Origin: Cereibacter sphaeroides 2.4.1
GTDB taxonomy: Bacteria; Pseudomonadota; Alphaproteobacteria; Rhodobacterales; Rhodobacteraceae
Assembly (NCBI RefSeq): GCF_000012905.2
Contig: NC_007494.2
Coordinates: 690,001-722,000, forward strand
Length of the DNA: 32,000 nucleotides
Direction of reading: 5' to 3'
In this document: piece by piece, positions 30,501-32,000 of the stretch
Layout: the number at the start of each line of letters is the position of its first letter
How positions within the stretch are numbered: position 1 is the stretch's first letter
The notes under the pieces: generated by a model
Seen by the model: the letters and a program-made list of their open reading frames with translations, nothing else
Databases searched by the model: none
What the model was told of the DNA's origin: nothing
Made by a program: the position numbers and the translations under genes

Positions 30501-32000
30501 CACCGTGCTGCGCGAGGGCGCCACGACGCCAGCGCCCTGGCTGAACGTGATCGCCAACCCCTCCTTCGGCTTTCAGGTCTCTGCCGAGGGCAGTGGCCAC
30601 AGCTGGGCCGAGAACAGCCGCGAGAACCAGCTCACGCCCTGGAACAACGACCCGGTCTGCGATCCTCCGGGCGAGGCGATCTATCTCTGCGATCGGGATA
30701 CGGGCGCGGTCTGGACCCCGACCGCCCTCCCGATCCGTGGACGGGGCACCTATATCGCCCGGCACGGCTTTGGCTACAGTCGCTTTTCGCACAGCGCAGG
30801 CGGCATCGAGGCCACGATGGGGCAGTTCGTTCCCATGGCAGATCCGGTGAAGATCACACGACTGCGCCTGACCAACCGGTCGGACCGGGTGCGCCGGCTG
30901 TCGGTCACGGCCTATGCAGAATGGGTGCTGGGGCCGCAGCGCGGGGCGACCGCCCCGTACCTGCTCACCGAGATCGCGGACGGAAGCCTGTTTGCCCGCA
31001 ACCCCTGGAGCCCGGCCTTCCCCGACCGGATGGCCTTTGCCGACATCGGACCCGAACCCTCGGGCTGGACCTGCGACCGGGCCTCCTTCCTTGGCCGGGG
31101 CGGCAGCCTTGCCGCGCCTGCGGGCCTTGCCCATCCGCTCTCGGCGCGGAGCGGCGCCGGACTCGATCCCTGTGCGGCGCTGCAACGCGACCTGACCCTC
31201 GGGATCGGCGAAAGGGTCGAGGTGGTGATCCTCCTGGGCCAGACCGCAAGCTCCGAGGCTGCCCGGGCGCTGATCGCGAAGGTTCGCGCTGCCGATCTCG
31301 ATGCGCTGGAGCGAGAGGTCGCGCGGCACTGGGAGGGCCTGCTGACCGCGGTGCGGGTCTCGACCCCCGACCGGGCGATGGACATCCTGCTCAACGGCTG
31401 GCTTCTCTATCAGACCCTAGCCTGCCGCATTTGGGCGCGGGCGGGATTCTATCAGGCCAGCGGGGCCTATGGCTTCCGCGACCAGTTGCAGGATGGCATG
31501 GCGCTGACCTTCTCGCGGCCGGACATGACACGCGCGCACCTCCTGCGCGCGGCCGCCCGCCAGTTTTCCGAGGGCGACGTGCAGCACTGGTGGCTGCCGC
31601 ACTCGGGCCAAGGGGTGCGGACGCGCATTTCCGACGACCGCGTGTGGCTGGGTTATGGCGTGGCGCACTATGTCGCCGTCAGCGGCGACGAGGCCGTGCT
31701 GGACGAGGAGGTGCCGTTCCTCGAAGGGCCGCAGGTCGATCCCGGCGCGCACGATGCCTTCTTCCAGCCGCAGGTGTCGGTGGCGACGGCGAGCCTCTTC
31801 GACCATTGCGCCCGGGGGCTCGATCAGGCCATCGCGCTGACCGGCGCGAATGGAATGCCGCTGATCGGCACCGGCGACTGGAACGACGGGATGAACCGGG
31901 TGGGCGAAGGTGGAAGCGGCACCAGCGTCTGGCTGGGATGGCTCCTGATCGCGACGCTCGACCGGATGGCTCCGCTGGCCGAGGCGCGCGATCCCGCCCG
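24529..32000 (+). CDS. ndvB: cyclic beta-1,2-glucan synthase (Cgs/NdvB/ChvB type), 5' ~2490 codons; continues beyond the window
   Basis: This frame is open from 24385 to the window end and is not in the track because it has no stop. Hand translation at seven points, all in the same frame, gave family-typical sequence.
- 24529: IREELFGPERLEDHATSLA...AAQWLLDNYHLVEKQLVQIALDLPEGYYRQLPKL
- 25381: MRNIVTSMRTLSEIDWAVFFEEMS
- 26221: WERKRGKLVELNRLLRG...LTLDADTRLPRD...LAHPLNRP (glycosyltransferase core)
- 27541: LPPDNFQEMPRPVVAQRTSPTNIGLYLLS
- 28381: FEYLMPSLVM
- 29041: SNGRYGVMLTSTGAGFSQWRDMAVTRWRPD (GH94-like part)
- 30541 and 31381: ENQLTPWNNDPVCDPPGE; GFYQASGAYGFRDQLQD
The first in-frame start codon is GTG 24529. 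Confidence 0.9.
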   Translation, partial: MSFPTNIAAGFKALLRPPLSWGRAAQAPWHDPSPIREELFGPERLEDHATSLARIQTIALRPRRVLALNRRLKDNAAALLAAYRSNGAALIRHQPVSPAAQWLLDNYHLVEKQLVQIALDLPEGYYRQLPKLAEGPFAGYPRVLELAWAYVAHTDSLVAGPMLGRFVQAYQQVQPLMIGELWAVAITLRIVLIENMRRLAVQIGEAHDLRLAADALVDGGREVRLPNGELPEILAAQIAKRLRGCDPGDTPLLGWLEDRLHRQGTDLEDVVERAQARQGASNVTMRNIVTSMRTLSEIDWAVFFEEMSRVDARLGAASDFAAMDFATRDRYRAAIETLARGSAASELEVTEAALAQAAQGRTPRQREPGHALIGSGRAALETRIGYRPPLSRRLFREIGRVGLAGYGGTIAVSSAAVLAGAGWASATAGAPVAVLLPLGLLALMPATEAATALVNLVVTRSVSPAPLPGLDLAGGVPETLRTLVAVPVLLTGPQDLAEHLERLEVHHLSSVGGAVHYALVSDGPDAATETTPADAALIVQAEAGIARLNAAHPSERGDRFLLLHRRRHWNASEGCWMGWERKRGKLVELNRLLRGATDTSFLACAVPRDVQFVLTLDADTRLPRDAVRRLIGKLAHPLNRPHLDAARQRVTEGYGILQPRVTPALPVGKDGSAFQRIISSPGGIEPYAAAISDVYQDLFGEGSFTGKGIYNVDAFAAALHGRVPENAMLSHDLYEGIFARAALVSDVELVEEFPARHDVAARRQHRWVRGDWQLLPWVFGARRHGLTSLGRWKIVDNLRRSLVAPSAVAALAAGWLLPLPQAALTTLLILAMLSLGHLLSLPFAILPGRAGITSRSHFAALAGDTAAALRQIGLEIALLPETGWRMLDAIGRTVWRMGVSRRHLLEWVTAAQSAGGGRPGPAASYRGMAGGVGLGLGACGVVLANPPVWPLVLPFALLWLGAPALAWRLSQPGTAAPAIVSPRDARELRLIARRTWRYFETFVTEASHHLPPDNFQEMPRPVVAQRTSPTNIGLYLLSTVVARDMGWIGQGETLRRLEETMATMQRMRRFRGHFFNWYDTADLRVLPPAYVSSVDSGNLAGHLLAVAQSCRDWQAPVPRDVLHAGLADALALAREDGEGPTELLARMQAARPDALEALIEVAMDGPSPGWLVALRGRLADHRADTGTDFAPRLQALETQAHRMALAMDFAFLLDPEKKLLSIGFSSETNSLDANCYDLLASEARLASLFAIAKGDVPTRHWFRLGRSATPVRAGAALISWSGSMFEYLMPSLVMRAPRGSLLEQTNRLIVTRQQDHGRALGIPWGVSESSFNARDLEMTYQYSNFGVPGLGLKRGLGADRVIAPYATGLAAMVDPAAAVRNFRALRALGAEGRHGFYEAVDFTTSRLPEGESAAVVRSFMAHHQGMTIAGIANIVQDGLLRRRFHADPLVQAVDLLLQERVPRDVNAAHPHAEEMPVAAAAPDAPPTVRRIDAPEVEAPTAHLLSNGRYGVMLTSTGAGFSQWRDMAVTRWRPDATRDALGTFLFASDVASGALWSAGVQPVPGPGRRSAVFSEHQAAFTHRQGTLLTTAEVVVSAEDDAEARRVTLGNTGRQLREIDLTSYAELVLAPAAADLAHPAFSKLFVVTDHLPELGVIVATRRRRSPGEPEVWAAHMAVVEGTESAPAQIETDRARFIGRGRSLADPAMAQAPLSGTTGTVLDPIFAIRRRVLVPGGGMARVTFWTMVAESAERLLDMVDRHRDPSAFERATTLAWTKSQVQLRHLDVSGAEAADFQRLAGFVLRSDGRLRPSRARIAAGAGPQSGLWPQGISGDLPIVLLQIEDLEDLDKVAQLLAAHEYWRARQFPVDLVILNDRAASYVQDLQGAIETAVRSSQSRPRTDAGVVEGRGGVFALRADRMTAEARALVLSVARVVLVARRGNIGQQMETLSAALAPHRPAASMPPQPDPAPAPEALEFFNGTGGFAEDGREYVTVLREGATTPAPWLNVIANPSFGFQVSAEGSGHSWAENSRENQLTPWNNDPVCDPPGEAIYLCDRDTGAVWTPTALPIRGRGTYIARHGFGYSRFSHSAGGIEATMGQFVPMADPVKITRLRLTNRSDRVRRLSVTAYAEWVLGPQRGATAPYLLTEIADGSLFARNPWSPAFPDRMAFADIGPEPSGWTCDRASFLGRGGSLAAPAGLAHPLSARSGAGLDPCAALQRDLTLGIGERVEVVILLGQTASSEAARALIAKVRAADLDALEREVARHWEGLLTAVRVSTPDRAMDILLNGWLLYQTLACRIWARAGFYQASGAYGFRDQLQDGMALTFSRPDMTRAHLLRAAARQFSEGDVQHWWLPHSGQGVRTRISDDRVWLGYGVAHYVAVSGDEAVLDEEVPFLEGPQVDPGAHDAFFQPQVSVATASLFDHCARGLDQAIALTGANGMPLIGTGDWNDGMNRVGEGGSGTSVWLGWLLIATLDRMAPLAEARDPA

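Noticed and set aside
24361-31329. Long antisense or off-frame ORFs across cgs (24361-26880 minus, 26262-27764 plus, 27640-29034 minus, 28230-29129 plus, 29515-31329 minus)
   Set aside because: All are shadows of the single continuous Cgs/NdvB frame, which yields family-typical sequence at every point checked.
1-32000. CRISPR arrays, rRNA genes, IS elements or transposases
   Set aside because: I saw no regularly spaced repeat-spacer structure, no rRNA-like sequence and no transposase motifs (DDE or other) in any frame I inspected. The only recombinase is the serine recombinase at 14779-16398.

Overview
High-GC alphaproteobacterial chromosome segment; Rhodobacterales-like is an inference from protein sequence flavour and gene order only. 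Many long ORFs in the track are Arg/Pro/Gly/Ala-rich antisense shadows of real genes and are not reported as features.

(1) 1-8.3 kb is housekeeping. The conserved miaB-phoH(ybeZ)-ybeY-corC-lnt cluster lies on the minus strand. A TesA-like SGNH esterase is divergent from a YbbA/YbbP-like ABC ATPase and FtsX-type permease pair.

(2) 8.4-14.8 kb holds an orphan 117-aa gene, then a selenium-tRNA module (selU/mnmH abutting a SelD-N-terminal-type flavoprotein, with no SelD kinase domain). An rpoN (sigma-54) copy outside the usual rpoN context, a lone hydantoinase/oxoprolinase-family gene and tRNA-Met(CAT) follow.

(3) About 14.8-23.9 kb is the most interesting part: a compact (~9 kb) integrated element abutting the tRNA, with no recognisable virion genes. 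A large serine recombinase ORF ends inside the tRNA gene. It sits at the end of a leftward operon (65-aa protein, membrane protein, GapR/DUF2312-like, 606-aa ParB-like). A near-consensus promoter for this operon is overlapped by GGGGA-N6-TCCCC palindromes. The same palindrome recurs twice between an XRE/cI-like repressor gene and a translationally coupled rightward operon (small proteins, DUF1937-like, DUF1376-like replication-associated protein). That operon is followed by an A/T-rich repeat cluster resembling an origin. The layout fits a phage-satellite or cryptic immunity-replication module.

(4) 24.35-32.0 kb holds a 60-codon ORF coupled by a GTGA overlap to a giant cyclic beta-1,2-glucan synthase (Cgs/NdvB-type) gene. 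That gene runs off the window and is absent from the ORF track because it has no in-window stop.

No CRISPR array, rRNA or transposase was seen.
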